Of a stretch of DNA of 64,000 bases, positions 61,733-64,000 are shown piece after piece. The position numbers were made by a program, and so were the translations under genes. The number at the start of each line of letters is the position of its first letter. Within the stretch, counting starts at the first letter, position 1. The notes under the pieces were generated by a model, which had not been told where the DNA came from, did not search any database, and saw only the letters and a program-made list of their open reading frames with translations. This DNA comes from an uncultured Verrucomicrobiae bacterium. GTDB lineage: Bacteria > Verrucomicrobiota > Verrucomicrobiia > Limisphaerales > Palsa-1400. Location of the stretch: NCBI GenBank assembly GCA_963702845.1, contig OY969763.1, forward strand, positions 4,960,001 to 5,024,000, written 5' to 3'.

Positions 61733-63715
61733 ATGTTTAAGTGTCCCCCTGTCGCCCTTTTTATGCTGGCGATAGCGACATGTGTCACGTACGCGCAGCC
61801 CGCCAGTCCTTTTGATAGTTCGCCCCAAGCTTACAAATCGCTCAGTCTCGAAGACCTGATGAACCTGCCGGTCACATCAGTCTCCCGCCAACCCGAGCCC
61901 TACAGCGTCGCCCCCGCAGCCTTGCAAGTGGTAACGGGCGATGAAATTCGCCGTTACGGCGCCTCGAGTTTTCCGGAAGCCTTGCGCCTGGCCGACAATC
62001 TCGACGTCGCCCAAGTCAGTTCGTCCAGCTGGGCAATCAGCTCGCGCGGCTTCAATTCGTCGGTCGGAAACAAACTGCTCGTCCTGATGGACGGCCGCAC
62101 CATCTACACCCCGTTGCTCTCCGGCGTCATCTGGGCCAACCAGGACTACTTGCTTCAGGACATCGATCGTATCGAAGTTATCAGTGGTCCGGGTGGAACC
62201 CTTTGGGGCGCCAACGCGGTGAACGGCGTCATCAATATTGTCAGCAAAAACGCACGCGACACGCAGGGCTTCTATGGCGAAGTTGGCGGCGGTTCGTGGT
62301 TGCACGACTTTGTCGGACTGCGCTACGGCGGGACAATCACGACAAACGTCTTCTACCGCGCTTACGTGAAGTATTTCGAGCGCGGCCCATTGGAATACGC
62401 CGATGGCGCCAGCGCGCATGACCCTTGGAACCGCGGCCAGGGCGGCTTCCGCATCGACGACGAACGCTCCTCCGTCAGCAAGTTCACGCTACATGGCGAT
62501 TTCTACGCAGGTGACACCAGTATTGTTCCCGCCGGTCAAGGCACCCCGCAAGCGGTTGGCAACGCCAGCGGCGGCAATCTACTCGGGCGCTGGACGCGCA
62601 CGCTGGCCGAGGAATCGGACATGTCGCTGCAAACCTACTACGATCACACCCATCTCGGCGTGCCCTTCCCGGCTTCTGGCTCTGTGCCGTCGGGTATTTT
62701 TCGTGACGACCTCGACACTTTCGATATCGATTTCCAACACCGCATTCCCATCGGTGACCGTAATCGCGTCATCTGGGGTGCCGGTTATCGTTTCATAAAC
62801 GACAACTCCACTGAAGCGCCTTTGGTTGCCTTCTTTCCGGCCGTCTTCAATCAGAACATCTTCAGCTTTTTTGTGCAGGACGAAATCAAACTGCACGAAA
62901 ACTTGTTCTTTACTCTCGGCACAAAACTCGAGCACAACGACTACACCGGCTTCGAAGTCGAACCCAGCGGCCGCATCGAATGGCACGTCCATGAGAAGCA
63001 CATGATCTGGGGCGCCATCTCCCGCGCTGTGCGGACGCCTTCTCGTTTTGACCGCGACATCTTCGAACCAGCGCCCGAGTTCGGCAACGTGCTCGGAACC
63101 AGCAATTCCAACTTTCGTTCCGAATTTGTCCTCGTTTACGAACTCGGCTATCGCGCCGAACTCACCAAACGCGTCTCCGGTTCGCTCTCGCTTTTCTTCA
63201 ACAATTACGAAGACCTTCGCACCATCGGCACTACGAGCGGCGGTTTGCCTTTAGTTTTCCAAAACAATCTGCACGGCTATACCTACGGCCTCGAACTCAG
63301 CAGCGATTACCAGGTGCTCGACTGGTGGCGCTTGCACCTGGGCTACGATTTGCTTGAAGAACATTTGCGCGTCAAAAACGGCGAGTTCGATGTCAACAAC
63401 GGTCTCAACGAAACAGCCGATCCGAAAAATCAACTCTTTCTGCGCTCCTCCATGGATTTGCCGTACAACATCGAATTCAACACGGCCCTGCGCCTGATTG
63501 GCGCCGTCCACAACGACAGCGGTCCGACAGTCGGCACTGTCCCCAGCTACGTCGAACTCGACGCCCGCATCGCCTGGCACGCCACCAAACACCTTGAACT
63601 TTCCATCGTCGGCGAAAACCTCCTGCACCAACGCCACCCCGAAGCCGGTTTCCCTGGCCCCGCGCAAGAATGGGCCATCCGCAGCGCCTACGGCAAACTC
63701 GCCTACCAATTTTAG
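61733..63715 (+). CDS. TonB-dependent outer-membrane receptor
   Basis: True start is downstream of rnpB (MFKCPP, 61733); SLEDLMNLPVTSVSR; DIDRIEVISGPGGTLWGANAVNGVINI plug; C-terminal Phe. Confidence 0.92.
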   Translation: MFKCPPVALFMLAIATCVTYAQPASPFDSSPQAYKSLSLEDLMNLPVTSVSRQPEPYSVAPAALQVVTGDEIRRYGASSFPEALRLADNLDVAQVSSSSWAISSRGFNSSVGNKLLVLMDGRTIYTPLLSGVIWANQDYLLQDIDRIEVISGPGGTLWGANAVNGVINIVSKNARDTQGFYGEVGGGSWLHDFVGLRYGGTITTNVFYRAYVKYFERGPLEYADGASAHDPWNRGQGGFRIDDERSSVSKFTLHGDFYAGDTSIVPAGQGTPQAVGNASGGNLLGRWTRTLAEESDMSLQTYYDHTHLGVPFPASGSVPSGIFRDDLDTFDIDFQHRIPIGDRNRVIWGAGYRFINDNSTEAPLVAFFPAVFNQNIFSFFVQDEIKLHENLFFTLGTKLEHNDYTGFEVEPSGRIEWHVHEKHMIWGAISRAVRTPSRFDRDIFEPAPEFGNVLGTSNSNFRSEFVLVYELGYRAELTKRVSGSLSLFFNNYEDLRTIGTTSGGLPLVFQNNLHGYTYGLELSSDYQVLDWWRLHLGYDLLEEHLRVKNGEFDVNNGLNETADPKNQLFLRSSMDLPYNIEFNTALRLIGAVHNDSGPTVGTVPSYVELDARIAWHATKHLELSIVGENLLHQRHPEAGFPGPAQEWAIRSAYGKLAYQF

Positions 63716-63839
63716 CCCGGCATTTACACCGCATCCGAGTCTTTGCGATCTTCGCGCCTTCGCGTTAAAAAGCAGCTTCCAAAAAACCATGCCAACCCCG
63801 CTCGTTCGACAAATTTAGTCATAAAAAACTGCCATTTCT

Positions 63840-63898
63840 TTCCCTGATTTCCCTCCTTTCCCTACATTTTTTGACGAGTAGCTCCTTCCTGCCATAAT
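63840..63898 (+). promoter_or_regulatory. Sigma70-type promoter with upstream 9-bp-periodic TTCCC boxes
   Basis: TTGACG (63871), 16-bp spacer, TGn-CATAAT (63893); TTCCC at 63840, 63849 and 63858. Confidence 0.55.
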
Positions 63899-63983
63899 CC
63901 CACCCGCACGCACGCACAAGCGTGCCCGCCGGGCAATCACACCCGTTGGCCCGTCCTCCATAGCTTCACGCGAAGGAGGAAAC

Positions 63984-64000
63984 ATGGAAAGGTTCGTTAT
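63984..64000 (+). CDS. Probable start of a CDS running off the window
   Basis: AGGAGG Shine-Dalgarno followed by ATG at 63984. Confidence 0.45.

Overview
Bacterial chromosomal window, most consistent with a Verrucomicrobiota subdivision-3 (Pedosphaera/Limisphaerales-like) genome. This is inferred from gene content and protein style, not from a search. Core genes: a tolQ-tolR-tolA-tolB-pal operon, class I aldolase, an N-terminal-half carB, recA, rfbH, rpmE-prfA, a UvrD/PcrA helicase, a PilV/PilW/PilX/PilM-like minor-pilin cassette, a PVC-type DUF4175/prenyltransferase-repeat/TPR envelope operon, a Gre-family factor, system II cytochrome c biogenesis genes, mnmA, RNase P RNA and a TonB-dependent receptor. 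Several large secreted repeat proteins are interspersed. The unusual signals are: (1) non-coding modules of phased 10-bp tandem arrays upstream of recA and at the window start; (2) an integrase-less integron-type cassette array next to them; (3) an 18-bp duplication of the carB start bracketing an inserted beta-propeller gene; (4) a PilX-like protein with a nested '7 repeats out, 7 repeats back' stalk; (5) strong Thr-Asn dipeptide enrichment in some exported proteins; (6) a candidate GGA-rich structured sRNA; (7) many 7/8/9-bp tandem repeats and GTAG REP-like hairpins at gene boundaries. Single-base frameshifts at about 45.4 kb and 56-60.7 kb look like long-read indel errors. No CRISPR array, rRNA, tRNA, integrase or transposase was recognised.
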